From the NCBI GenBank assembly GCA_020057295.1, contig JAGVGF010000002.1:190276-254275 (forward strand): 64,000 nt of DNA. The letters are read 5' to 3'. Below the pieces are notes generated by a model, which was given only the letters and a program-made list of their open reading frames with translations, had not been told where the DNA came from and made no database searches. Origin of the DNA: an archaeon. GTDB taxonomy: Archaea; Nanobdellota; Nanobdellia; Woesearchaeales; UBA9642. The position numbers were made by a program, and so were the translations under genes. This document shows positions 1-9,353 of this stretch, piece by piece (position 1 is the stretch's first letter; each line of letters opens with the position of its first letter).

Positions 1-91
1 TAATAGAGTAATTAGTAAGCATGGATGTGCTGCAGAACATAATTACTATTGTTACATATATGGTATTGAACCTTGGGAAAAACCATATTCA

Positions 92-868
92 ATGATTTTT
101 GATGATGATATAGGAATACTTGCAAAGTATGATACTTCTGACAATGACTATTATGTTTTTACGGAGATACTTGCGCCTGTTGATAAGAAAGTCGAAGTTT
201 TAAGAAAATTTTTAGATAATGTATTTTCTCAAGAAAAAAAGCCTAGAAAAGTATGGGTTGAATTAGAAACGCCAACAAGAAAACTTGTTGTAAAATCCTT
301 GAAAAATTCTAATTATAAGTGTAATAAGATAAATTATACTTTAGTATGGCCTGTGTTTGAAATGGACGAATGGAATGGAGATTTAATGCAAGGTGGCGAA
401 TGGAAGGATATGCGTTATTATTGGAATAAATTTTTTAAAGAACATAAAGTAGAATTTGTGACTGCGGACAAGGTTAGTAAAGATGAACTCAAACAATTAG
501 TTCATAATTGGAAAAAGAATAGAACTACTGGCGACAGGGCATATATTGATTATTATATTCATGCTATTGATACAGGTTTTGCAGGTTATGATGTTAACAG
601 GATAATGGTTGTTGATGGTAAAGCTGCAGCGATTAGTGCAGGATTCAAGCCAAGAGAAGGTTATTATTATTCTAGCATAGGATTATATGATAAAAACATT
701 GATCGTAGCAACGAAGTGTCTAATATGGATGATTTAATCAATCTTAAAAAATTGGGCTATAAAATTGTAGATTTTGGTGGCGTAGAAAATAAATCTTTAG
801 AATTTAAGAAAAAATTTAGGCCCACAAGATTTTATAAAACTCACATATTCTCAATACAATTAAAATGA
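92..868 (+). CDS. hypothetical protein (possible DUF2156/MprF-C-like acyltransferase fold)
   Basis: 258-aa ORF whose stop overlaps the start of the downstream GNAT gene (ATGA at 865-868), so co-transcribed; weak recollection of DUF2156-like sequence patterns only. Confidence 0.3.
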   Translation: MIFDDDIGILAKYDTSDNDYYVFTEILAPVDKKVEVLRKFLDNVFSQEKKPRKVWVELETPTRKLVVKSLKNSNYKCNKINYTLVWPVFEMDEWNGDLMQGGEWKDMRYYWNKFFKEHKVEFVTADKVSKDELKQLVHNWKKNRTTGDRAYIDYYIHAIDTGFAGYDVNRIMVVDGKAAAISAGFKPREGYYYSSIGLYDKNIDRSNEVSNMDDLINLKKLGYKIVDFGGVENKSLEFKKKFRPTRFYKTHIFSIQLK

Positions 869-1350
869 TTACTATACGACGTTCTAAACCAAAAAATTTT
901 CTTGTTATAAAAAATTCTGTTATAGCAGTAGAAAATGCATCCTTCGAGAAAGATGTAAGATTTGTATATGAAGATAAAGATTTTGATAATTTCGAATTAG
1001 AAACAGGTTTATGTTATATTATTCTTGACGGAAAGAAAATTATTGGTTATATCATGGCCGGCCCAGTTGAGAATGATTCTAGATACAAAAAGAGTAAGTA
1101 TTGGAATACTAAAACAGTCCATCTCGATAGTATTGCTATTCATCCAAAATATCAAGGCAAAGGAATCGGTGTAAAGGCGATGAACAAATTACTATCTGAT
1201 TCCAAAAAACGCGGTTTCAAGAGAATTATTCTTGATGCTACTTCTTCAGGAATGTATAAACTTGCATTAAAGTATGATTTTAGTGTTGTTCGTCATTACA
1301 AGAAGTGGGAAGGCAATCGAGAAAACTATTTTATGGAAAAAGTTTTATAA
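865..1350 (+). CDS. GNAT family N-acetyltransferase
   Basis: GNAT acetyl-CoA motif 'IHPKYQGKGIGVKAMNKLL' (Q/R-x-x-G-x-G/A); translationally coupled to upstream ORF. Confidence 0.7.
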   Translation: MITIRRSKPKNFLVIKNSVIAVENASFEKDVRFVYEDKDFDNFELETGLCYIILDGKKIIGYIMAGPVENDSRYKKSKYWNTKTVHLDSIAIHPKYQGKGIGVKAMNKLLSDSKKRGFKRIILDATSSGMYKLALKYDFSVVRHYKKWEGNRENYFMEKVL

Positions 1351-1398
1351 GGTTTTTAAAAGATTAAAAAATAAAAATAATATGTTACAATTCTAAAC

Positions 1399-1965
1399 TT
1401 ACTGTATTGTTATCTTCTTAATAAGAATTGGTGTTGATGGTCTATCTTGTGAATTTCTTTGAACCATGCTTATCTTATCAACAATATCTTGTCCCTTAAC
1501 AACTTGACCAAAGATTGCATGTTTTCCATCAAGCCATGGTGTTGGAACCGTTGTTATGAAGAATTGACTTCCACCAGTATTTGGTCCAGCATTTGCCATT
1601 GATAATCTTCCTGACTGATTATGTTTTAATCCTGGTCCGAATTCATCTTTAATCATATAACCTGGTCCACCAGTTCCATCGCCTTTAGGATCTCCTGTTT
1701 GTACCATGAAGTTTGGTATTACTCTATGAAATGTTACGTTGTTGTAATATCCGCTTTGTGATAATTTGATAAAGTTTGCCGTGGTGTTAGGTGCTTTATC
1801 TTCGTAAAGTTCTGCTTCTACAGTTCCCATACTAGTTTCTATAATTGCATGTCTGTTCATTTTTGTTTCCTCCCCTGTATTGTTATTTTTAGAATTTACA
1901 CATCCGGCAATTATAAACATGCCGGAAAACAATATTATTATCCATAAAGCATTTGTTTTTTTCAT
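1399..1965 (-). CDS. ppiB: cyclophilin-type peptidyl-prolyl cis-trans isomerase, predicted lipoprotein
   Basis: Cyclophilin signatures '[14 protein letters not shown]', 'GGPGY', '[18 protein letters not shown]', '[12 protein letters not shown]'; N-terminal signal with lipobox 'IIAGC'; start at 1965 preferred over the track start 2004 because AGGTGA lies 6 nt upstream and it avoids overlap with the upstream gene. Confidence 0.85.
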   Translation of the reverse strand: MKKTNALWIIILFSGMFIIAGCVNSKNNNTGEETKMNRHAIIETSMGTVEAELYEDKAPNTTANFIKLSQSGYYNNVTFHRVIPNFMVQTGDPKGDGTGGPGYMIKDEFGPGLKHNQSGRLSMANAGPNTGGSQFFITTVPTPWLDGKHAIFGQVVKGQDIVDKISMVQRNSQDRPSTPILIKKITIQ

Positions 1966-1973
1966 TTTTTCAC

Positions 1974-2894
1974 CTATAATAAAAAGAATATTATCAGGAA
2001 CCAAATAATGTATATCAACGGCACTATAATAAATACGCTAAACTCTGTTTTTCTATGGAATTTTTCAACTTTATCAGCATGTTTTCTTTCAGTTAATTCT
2101 AGTAAGAAAACATTTAACACTATTGTTGCAAGTATTATTCCGTATGTAATTACCATAAATTGATCGGCCATTGTCATATATCCGACTGGTGGTATCTGAT
2201 TGCTAATAGATATATGAAACATTACTGAGGCAGTAAGTGCTGCTGTTGTCATTGTAAGCCTTGTTGTTATCTTGTCAGGATCTAATACAAATGTAAATAA
2301 TACTATTAATATTATAAATAATATTGGTAAAAATGTCTTAATGAAAGAATTCATGAATATTTTTTCAATCTTAATATGGAATCTATATTGTGAATATTTC
2401 TCATCATAAACATCGTATGTGTGCTCTACTGCATCTGACTCCCACTTGTCAAGCTCCCATCCAGTAAATATTATGCTAGGATCAATTCCACTTTCTTTAT
2501 CATTCGTCACATAATTAATTACATCGATAGTATTTCTTTTATCTTCAATAATTATCATCATATCTTGACTATCGAATGGAAATTTTCTCAAATCTACTGG
2601 TGAATTTAGTGTTGCTTGAATTCTGTAGAATTTTTCTTTTGGCGTATCAATTATTTTATCCACGCTTGTTGCTCGTCCGTTCATGAATTCAAAGCTTTCT
2701 GGACTGCAATTTTCTTCACATTGAAAATTAAGATAAAAGTCAGCTGTAAACGAACCAGTTGCTACATCGAATTTCCCTAAATTCAATATATACATAGAAA
2801 CTTTGACATCTTGCGCGTGAACTTGTGGCACAATTAACAATGCAAGTAACAAGCTAAAAAATATTATAAGATTATATTTATTCATACTATTCAA
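1974..2894 (-). CDS. pentameric ligand-gated ion channel (prokaryotic Cys-loop receptor homologue, GLIC/ELIC-like)
   Basis: Signal peptide, ~190-aa extracellular domain containing the Cys-loop core motif 'FPFDSQD', then four TM helices: M1 with conserved 'FLP', polar-lined M2 '[15 protein letters not shown]', M3, short loop, M4. Confidence 0.6.
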   Translation of the reverse strand: MNSMNKYNLIIFFSLLLALLIVPQVHAQDVKVSMYILNLGKFDVATGSFTADFYLNFQCEENCSPESFEFMNGRATSVDKIIDTPKEKFYRIQATLNSPVDLRKFPFDSQDMMIIIEDKRNTIDVINYVTNDKESGIDPSIIFTGWELDKWESDAVEHTYDVYDEKYSQYRFHIKIEKIFMNSFIKTFLPILFIILIVLFTFVLDPDKITTRLTMTTAALTASVMFHISISNQIPPVGYMTMADQFMVITYGIILATIVLNVFLLELTERKHADKVEKFHRKTEFSVFIIVPLIYIIWFLIIFFLL

Positions 2895-3025
2895 CCCCTA
2901 ATTATTACTATGGAAAAAATGTTTGTTTTTAAAGTTTGTTAAAGAAGATTTTATCAATTAATTTTTCCTTCTATAGTAGTTACTGTTTCGAAATATTTAT
3001 AAAATCTTTGACTTTCTTTCATTTT

Positions 3026-3628
3026 ATGGAAGAAGTGCTTGATCATGTACTTAGATCGCATCGAGGATGGATTGCTCTAGTATATGGTCCTATGTTTGCG
3101 AAAAAATCTACTGTATTAATTGATGAATTACATAGGGCAGAAACTCATGCAAAATTAAATGTTCAAGCATTTAAACCGGTTATAGATAATAGATATGGTA
3201 ATAGATATATAGTTTCTCATGATGGTCTGAAATTTCCTGCTACTGAAGTAAAAGGTACTTCTGGAATAGTTGCTAAACTTGATTCTGCTGTTGAAGTTAT
3301 AGGAATAAGTGAATCACAATTTTTTGATCCGGAACTTATAGATTTTTGTTTAGAACAAAGACAGTATGGAAGAAAAATAATATTAGAAGGATTACTTACG
3401 GATTTTAGAAAAAAACCATTTCCATTTAAAGGATCAAGAAAAACTATGACTGATTTATTAGTTCATGTCGATTTCCCTATACCTAGAATTGCTTTTTGTT
3501 ATTCTTGTGGAGAACCAGCAATGTATACTATGAGAACAGTTGCTTCCAAAGCACAAGTATTAGTTGGTGGAAAAGATGCATATGTTGCCGCATGTTATAA
3601 ACATCATCAAATTCCAAAATTAGATTAA
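3026..3628 (+). CDS. tdk: thymidine kinase
   Basis: P-loop 'VYGPMFAKKST', 'FFD' motif and C-terminal Zn-ribbon ('CYSCGEPAMYTMR...AACYKHH'); start moved to the internal Met at 3026. Confidence 0.85.
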   Translation: MEEVLDHVLRSHRGWIALVYGPMFAKKSTVLIDELHRAETHAKLNVQAFKPVIDNRYGNRYIVSHDGLKFPATEVKGTSGIVAKLDSAVEVIGISESQFFDPELIDFCLEQRQYGRKIILEGLLTDFRKKPFPFKGSRKTMTDLLVHVDFPIPRIAFCYSCGEPAMYTMRTVASKAQVLVGGKDAYVAACYKHHQIPKLD

Positions 3629-3698
3629 TTCTAAATAGATTTAGTTTTTTATTTACTAATTTGCTCTTATATATTTTATATTTTCTTATTAGATCTAA

Positions 3699-3821
3699 AG
3701 CCCCTGACGAGAGTTGCACTCGTGACCTGCTGCTTACTCGGAAAATCGGAGATTTTATGAGTTCCAAAAATCCCGGATTTTTGATACGAAGCAGCCGCAA
3801 TAGCTACTATGCTACAGGGGC
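3699..3821 (-). tRNA. tRNA-Thr (anticodon CGU) with a 50-nt intron at the canonical 37/38 position
   Basis: Minus strand: 7-bp acceptor GCCCCTG/CAGGGGC, D-arm, anticodon stem GCTGC/GCAGC, loop TTCGTA|intron|A, variable AGGTC, T-arm ACGAG-TGCAACT-CTCGT, discriminator T, no encoded CCA; intron 3735-3784 contains a 9-bp hairpin CAAAAATCC/GGATTTTTG. Confidence 0.6.
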
Positions 3822-3822
3822 A

Positions 3823-4431
3823 TTATCTTATTATTTTTTCTATCTTTCCTTTTATCAGTAACGCTTGACCGTCCTTTAATGCCACAACTTTATATTTTAC
3901 TTTTTTTCTAAACTCTTCTACTTCTTTTTTTAATTTATCTTTATAGTGAGGAAATATAGCTGTATTTGTGATATTTAATCCCTTAAGGTTTTTTAATCCT
4001 ATTTCGTTTTTGTCGCCTTCACTTCCCCATCCTGCTATTTCAATTGTCTTATGGATTACTATGCTTCCGGCGCTTAATCCTATATATAATTTGTTTTTCT
4101 TAATATGATTTGTTATTATTTTATCATATCCTGTTTTTTTTATTCTGTCAAGAATATAAAATGTGTTTCCTCCACAAACGAATATTATGTCTGAATTTGT
4201 TATTTTTTTTACGTTATCATGACATATATTGATAGTTGTGATGTTTTTATTCTTGAATCCATTCTTTAAGAAAAAACTTCTAAAATATGCGATATAAAAG
4301 TAATGTTCTATTCTTCGAACCGTATGAAGTATGATAACTCGCTCTTTACTTCTATCCTTTGGTATAAGGCCACAAAAAGCTTTCTCTATCTTCTTGCTAC
4401 GTATACCATCAGACGTTAAGAGCATTACCAT
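3823..4431 (-). CDS. peptidase S51 family (dipeptidase E-like)
   Basis: 'IIFVCGGNTFYIL' and 'IGLSAGSIV' match the PepE/S51 nucleophile-elbow region; 202 aa. Confidence 0.5.
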   Translation of the reverse strand: MVMLLTSDGIRSKKIEKAFCGLIPKDRSKERVIILHTVRRIEHYFYIAYFRSFFLKNGFKNKNITTINICHDNVKKITNSDIIFVCGGNTFYILDRIKKTGYDKIITNHIKKNKLYIGLSAGSIVIHKTIEIAGWGSEGDKNEIGLKNLKGLNITNTAIFPHYKDKLKKEVEEFRKKVKYKVVALKDGQALLIKGKIEKIIR

Positions 4432-4453
4432 GCCTTTAGAAGAAGAACTGAAT

Positions 4454-4609
4454 TTATAAATCTAATTTTTCTTTTATTTCTTTACTAGAAAGTTTTTTTT
4501 GACATTCGTTGCATACACCGTACTGTTTTTTTCCTTTACGGTATACTGTGCCTATTATTTTATTCATGAATGTAATTTCAATCTTTTTATTGCATATAGA
4601 ACACTTCAT
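4454..4609 (-). CDS. small zinc-ribbon protein (51 aa), not in the ORF track
   Basis: Translates to MKCSICNKKIEITFMNKIIGTVYRKGKKQYGVCNECQKK...; two CxxC pairs; start overlaps the stop of the upstream gene at 4606. Confidence 0.3.
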   Translation of the reverse strand: MKCSICNKKIEITFMNKIIGTVYRKGKKQYGVCNECQKKLSSKEIKEKLDL

Positions 4610-4983
4610 TTTCTTATTATTATTCTCTTCTTATCCTTGCCTTTAATTCTTTGTTCTACTTCCTTAGATTCCATTGTTTGTAATATTTGATCTAATTGGT
4701 CGAACATCTTTTTTAAGTCTACAAGGTCTGTTTCTAATTCCCATGTTGTTTTATTATCTTTTTTCTGATTATTTATAGCCATATTCATCTTGTTGGCTAA
4801 TTTTTCTAAGAATTCTAGAGATTCCTGAACGGCATCTTTAGTTTTATATGTTCCTTTCTTAAGGCATTTTTTTATTTCTTCTAAAGAATCACGTTCAAAT
4901 TTTTCTAATTCGTAAGGAATATATGCTCTATCCTTTAATTGAGATTCAGATACACTCTTTAAATAATCTTCACTTAGTGGCAT
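4606..4983 (-). CDS. hypothetical coiled-coil protein
   Basis: 125-aa charged, helical ORF with no recognisable motif. Confidence 0.4.
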   Translation of the reverse strand: MPLSEDYLKSVSESQLKDRAYIPYELEKFERDSLEEIKKCLKKGTYKTKDAVQESLEFLEKLANKMNMAINNQKKDNKTTWELETDLVDLKKMFDQLDQILQTMESKEVEQRIKGKDKKRIIIRK

Positions 4984-5015
4984 ATTATCCTATAATTATG
5001 TGTTGTTTTAATATT

Positions 5016-5576
5016 TTATGCTTTATTAGAACTTTGTTCCTTGGCAAGTAATTCTTTCATGCGTGGCCATTCATCTTCATCTAATATGTATCCTACACAT
5101 TTTTCTGAACCACATCTACATGGATGTTTCTTAAAATCGTATATATCTTTCTCGTTAAGTTCAAAACCGTAATTATATGTTATCTCTTCGCCTTTCTTTA
5201 TTTCCTTAATTGTGTCAATCCATACTCTTCCATCGATTATATCAACTTCACAGTTTGGATCACATGAATGATTGATGTATTTACCGTCATTGTCTGGAAC
5301 ATCTCCATCTAAATCCCATGTATCATCTATTTCAAAAATATATGTTCCAGCATGATTCTCAGGATCGTTAGTATGTTTTTCAAAAGTATGTCCTAATATC
5401 ATATCGCCAGCTTCCTTATCTACTTTTATGCCTACATATTCCATTATTCTAGTTCCTTTTGGAATATCGGCTCGTGCAAATACTCCGTGCCTATGTATGC
5501 CTGAACCACCTACTTTTACATATGGGTGATTATCTTTAGAGTCATGTTTATGTTTTTTGTCGTTTGTTTTGTTCAT
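5016..5576 (-). CDS. SET-domain protein-lysine N-methyltransferase
   Basis: SET motifs 'GIHRHGVFA', 'NHSCDPNC', 'GEEITYNYG' plus Cys-rich post-SET 'CRCGSEKCVG'. Confidence 0.8.
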   Translation of the reverse strand: MNKTNDKKHKHDSKDNHPYVKVGGSGIHRHGVFARADIPKGTRIMEYVGIKVDKEAGDMILGHTFEKHTNDPENHAGTYIFEIDDTWDLDGDVPDNDGKYINHSCDPNCEVDIIDGRVWIDTIKEIKKGEEITYNYGFELNEKDIYDFKKHPCRCGSEKCVGYILDEDEWPRMKELLAKEQSSNKA

Positions 5577-5608
5577 TTTTTCTTTACTTCATCAATTCTT
5601 TCTATTGA

Positions 5609-6274
5609 TTATTTTTTTATAAAAAATATAAATATTAGGAATGCGGACACTATTATTGTAGTATAATATATCTTTCTATTCCATGCATAAATTTTTGCAC
5701 CATCAAAATTCCATAATGGAATCATATTAAATAATGCAAGCCACGCGTTGATTAAATATCCTGAATTAATAATTTCTACAATCAAAGTATTTGTAAATTT
5801 CATGAATAGTAATGGTAATAGTAGTATTGCAAGTATGATATTTGTTAACGGGCCTGCCAGGCTTATTTTGCCGTTTTGTCTATAATCTATATTTCCAAAA
5901 ATCATTACGGCACCAGGTGCGATGAATACTACGCCAAGAAAACTCATTAATACTCCTAATCCTAACATTGTAGTATCTGCACGAAATTCTGCCCAACATT
6001 TATAGCGTTGTGCTATGATTTTGTGTGCCAGTTCATGTAGTAAGAATGCTAGTCCGACTGTTACTGCACTGATTAGCATAAATATTAGAAATTCTATGCT
6101 GAAGAATGATGAAAATGTTATTCCTTTATCTACTGTTCTAGCTATGGCGAATGCAAAACTTACAAAAAGCCATGCTATAAACAAGTCCTTTAGCTCTTTA
6201 GATGATGAGTGCATCTGTATTCTGCCATTTTTTGATTTAAAATCATAGTTTTTATGCATATGTTGTTGGAACAA
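5609..6274 (-). CDS. site-2 protease family (M50) membrane zinc metalloprotease
   Basis: Polytopic membrane protein with HExxH ('LHELAHKI') and a downstream 'NMIPLWNFDG' (LDG-type) motif. Confidence 0.6.
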   Translation of the reverse strand: MFQQHMHKNYDFKSKNGRIQMHSSSKELKDLFIAWLFVSFAFAIARTVDKGITFSSFFSIEFLIFMLISAVTVGLAFLLHELAHKIIAQRYKCWAEFRADTTMLGLGVLMSFLGVVFIAPGAVMIFGNIDYRQNGKISLAGPLTNIILAILLLPLLFMKFTNTLIVEIINSGYLINAWLALFNMIPLWNFDGAKIYAWNRKIYYTTIIVSAFLIFIFFIKK

Positions 6275-6412
6275 TGAGTTGTTTTTAAATTTGATGCATG
6301 TTAGAAGCCTTGTCTATTGCTGTTTTATTTATAATTTTATAGTAGTTACAACAGTAAACTTTATAAACGTGCCTTGACTATTATATTATATTATTACACG
6401 TGGGGGATATAG

Positions 6413-7636
6413 ATGAGAAACACTTACATCTTAATGATAGTACAGGCATTATTAACACTATTATTGTTCTTTTCTGAAAGTTACATAAAATATGCTACTA
6501 TAACATTATTTATTCTTTTAGATTTAATATTATTTATTTCATTACTTATGGAAAAGTGGTCTTATGAAGAATTATTAACTTTTAGTGCAATATTTTGTTC
6601 AGCAATATTTTTAGTATTTTATTTATTCATGAAGTCAATTTTAACAACGGTTTTTGGCATTGTATTAATGTTGTTATTCCTTGTAATTGCTATGCTAGAA
6701 TTTATGGGCAAGTCTACTATTAACAGTAAAGATTCTAGAAGATTTGAGTCATTACAAAGACCTGAAGATCCTTTATATTATTATGACATAGAGTCTGAAT
6801 CTAGAATTAAGAGTGTTCCTGAACCTGTAATGCATGTCAAACATGAACGTAAAATTTCTAGAGAAGTTCCTCACGAACAAAAAAGTTCAGAATTCATGAA
6901 AGATAAATTAGCATCTAAAGCTGTAGCTTACGAACTTGAGAGAGAAGCTCAACAATTAAAGAATGCTGAAAAATTACTGAATGAATTAGAAGTGTATAAT
7001 GCTGGTCAAGAATTACTTAAAGAAACAAGAGCTATGCAAAATGTTCAGAAAAAAATTGATAGTGCAAAGAAGGCTCAAGCAGCTCAAGAATTACAGAGAG
7101 AAGCTGCAGAACTTATGAAAGTTCAGAAACAGGTTGATTCTGTAAGAACAGTTCAAGCAGCTAAAGAATTGAATAGAGAAGCCGCAGAGATAATGAAAGT
7201 TCAAAAACAGATTAGCAGTATTAAAAAGCTACAGCAAAAACAAGAGTTAGACAGAGAAGTTAAAACTCTGAAAAATGCTGAACAAAAAATTAAGCAAGTA
7301 CAATTCTTAAATCAACAAGAAAAAATAGTAAAACAAGCTAAAGCAATTGCTAAAGCGCAGAAAGAAGTTGATGGAATGAATAAGAAAAACAAAAAATCAA
7401 TTTCTAAAACTTCAAAGAAATCTTCCGGAAAAAAAGCTAAAAAAGTTAGTAATGTGAGAACAGTACGTTCCAAAGATGAATCATTCTATTTCGCAACAGA
7501 TAACGGTAACACGTTCCATGAACCAGGATGTCTTTCTATAAAGAAGGTTCCAAAGAATAAACTAACATTGTACACAAACAGGAAAGATGCTATGAGAAAA
7601 GGTTTACAACCATGCAGGGTATGCATCCCTAAGTGA
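6413..7636 (+). CDS. membrane-anchored coiled-coil protein with C-terminal Ada-type Zn-binding domain
   Basis: Four N-terminal TM helices; a long coiled coil containing two tandem 25-aa / 75-nt repeats; C-terminus 'FYFATDNGNTFHEPGCLSIKK...GLQPCRVCIP' matches the Ada N-terminal metal-binding domain pattern. Confidence 0.6.
   Translation: MRNTYILMIVQALLTLLLFFSESYIKYATITLFILLDLILFISLLMEKWSYEELLTFSAIFCSAIFLVFYLFMKSILTTVFGIVLMLLFLVIAMLEFMGKSTINSKDSRRFESLQRPEDPLYYYDIESESRIKSVPEPVMHVKHERKISREVPHEQKSSEFMKDKLASKAVAYELEREAQQLKNAEKLLNELEVYNAGQELLKETRAMQNVQKKIDSAKKAQAAQELQREAAELMKVQKQVDSVRTVQAAKELNREAAEIMKVQKQISSIKKLQQKQELDREVKTLKNAEQKIKQVQFLNQQEKIVKQAKAIAKAQKEVDGMNKKNKKSISKTSKKSSGKKAKKVSNVRTVRSKDESFYFATDNGNTFHEPGCLSIKKVPKNKLTLYTNRKDAMRKGLQPCRVCIPK
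7078..7232 (+). repeat. tandem ~75-nt repeat inside CDS 6413..7636
   Basis: Adjacent units AGCTCAAGAATTACAGAGAGAAGCTGCAGAACTTATGAAAGTTCAGAAACAG... and AGCTAAAGAATTGAATAGAGAAGCCGCAGAGATAATGAAAGTTCAAAAACAG..., about 75% identical. Confidence 0.6.
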
Positions 7637-7647
7637 GTTGATTATAT

Positions 7648-8043
7648 ATGACCGGTATTATTATCCCAAATAGAGATGCTATAGAAGATATTGTTCGCGG
7701 ACATTACAATTGCATTGCTACTATAACAGAAGCTGTTATGAGTGTAAATGATAATATGCCTATTCTTAATTTAACATTAGACTTTGGTAAAGGAAGAAAA
7801 CCTCCGCAGATTCAAGTATCTGGAGGAATTATTACTGTTTCGGATCCACATTATATAAAATTGTTATTTGATTCGTACAAAGTAGTTCGTGCAGATGATC
7901 TTCAAGGAAAAAGTGTTAATGTATATCTGCACGGTTCTGATATAAGATTAAATAACATATTAGGTATAGAGCCTTACCTTGGATTAGTGGAGTCTGGACA
8001 AGGTCAACCAACTCTAGCTTTTACTAGAAAAATAATGGATTAG
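7648..8043 (+). CDS. hypothetical protein
   Basis: 131-aa ORF immediately downstream of 6413..7636; no motif recognised. Confidence 0.4.
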   Translation: MTGIIIPNRDAIEDIVRGHYNCIATITEAVMSVNDNMPILNLTLDFGKGRKPPQIQVSGGIITVSDPHYIKLLFDSYKVVRADDLQGKSVNVYLHGSDIRLNNILGIEPYLGLVESGQGQPTLAFTRKIMD

Positions 8044-8050
8044 TTTATTC

Positions 8051-9244
8051 TTAGTAATCTAAAATTTTCTTTTGTGTATTCATTTGTCTTGCTAGTACGC
8101 TCTGGTTCAAGAAATGATCTAGAGAGTAACCAAATTTTTTTATATATTCAGATGCAAATCTTAACATTTCCTCTTTTGTATCAAACATAAATGGTTTGCT
8201 GCTCATTGTATTCTTTACAGCTTGCCTTACAACCCATACTCCTAATGGTGCCCAATATTCATCAGATACGAATCTTAAAGCGAGTACTGTTGTTTGTTTC
8301 TTAATAGCTTTTAATTGTTCAAGAATACTTAATCTGGCTGCGTAATATCCTCCAACTGTTTCTGTGGCATAACCTTTACGGCCGTAATAATTTTCCCAAT
8401 CATGACTAGAATCCTTATTACCAATCATTGTTTCAAAAAGTTCGTATGACCAAACTTCAGGATAACATAAAAGGATATAATAATTGCCAAAATAACTTCC
8501 AATATATATAGTGTATTTATCTATTTGAGAATAATTTTTTACTTCTTTGATAAGGTTTTTTCCTATTGTATCATCAACGGCTGTAATGGACCAACGTGTT
8601 GGAACAAGTTTCTTGTTTGTATCCAGTCCAAGATGTCCGCTGCTAAATATTTTTGTTAAGTAATGATTTTCGTAACCTTTCCCATGAAGTATATTTAGAG
8701 ATTCTGTTGATGTTAACTCGTCATTAATTATGCTGTCAACTTTTGTTGGTATATGAACATTTTCAGTAATCCTCGCTTTTTCAAGCTCCACTTTTGGACC
8801 ATGAGGACTAACTTCATTATGAAAAACTAATTTGAATTCAGGTTTCTTGTTTAAATAAATTTCAGTATCTACAGGTTTGTCTGCTAGTGCAACTTCACTA
8901 AACACATCTCTTAATCTATCATTAAATCCTCTTATACTACTTTTGAAACTAGAATTTATGAGCATCGAACGTTTCTGAATAATCTCATTAATATCAAAAC
9001 CTTGACTAACCCATTCTTTAGGATCATCAACAGTAGAATCCTTAATAGTGTTATCTGTATTAAGTAATCCAACATTTACATTGGGATAACCGTAATGTCC
9101 TATAAATACATTATAATTTTCACCATAAAAATCTTTCTTAGAATTTTCGTTAAATGCTTTTCTAATATGCAAATGTTCTTTTAAGATACATACTGGTCTA
9201 TCGCATTTACCTTTGCCTATACATCTAAAACAAAGTTCTCCCAT
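8051..9244 (-). CDS. archaeal Nre-family (putative DNA repair) protein
   Basis: N-terminal 'LCFRCIGKGKCDRPVC' resembles the Cys cluster recalled for archaeal Nre proteins; ~400 aa; assignment from memory only. Confidence 0.4.
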   Translation of the reverse strand: MGELCFRCIGKGKCDRPVCILKEHLHIRKAFNENSKKDFYGENYNVFIGHYGYPNVNVGLLNTDNTIKDSTVDDPKEWVSQGFDINEIIQKRSMLINSSFKSSIRGFNDRLRDVFSEVALADKPVDTEIYLNKKPEFKLVFHNEVSPHGPKVELEKARITENVHIPTKVDSIINDELTSTESLNILHGKGYENHYLTKIFSSGHLGLDTNKKLVPTRWSITAVDDTIGKNLIKEVKNYSQIDKYTIYIGSYFGNYYILLCYPEVWSYELFETMIGNKDSSHDWENYYGRKGYATETVGGYYAARLSILEQLKAIKKQTTVLALRFVSDEYWAPLGVWVVRQAVKNTMSSKPFMFDTKEEMLRFASEYIKKFGYSLDHFLNQSVLARQMNTQKKILDY

Positions 9245-9353
9245 GAATATGAAATGTTTATTGTGTTTAAAATGTTTATGAGAGGTTGTCTTGTGACACG
9301 ATGTGTGATTAGTTATTCCATAATTTTATAAATAAACTTATTTTCTTTAAATT

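Noticed and set aside
3528-3861. Track ORFs 3528..3800 (-) and 3661..3861 (+)
   Set aside because: Both run across the intron-containing tRNA-Thr at 3699-3821. The region folds as a 7-bp-closed cloverleaf with an intron, which explains the sequence better than two overlapping low-complexity ORFs.
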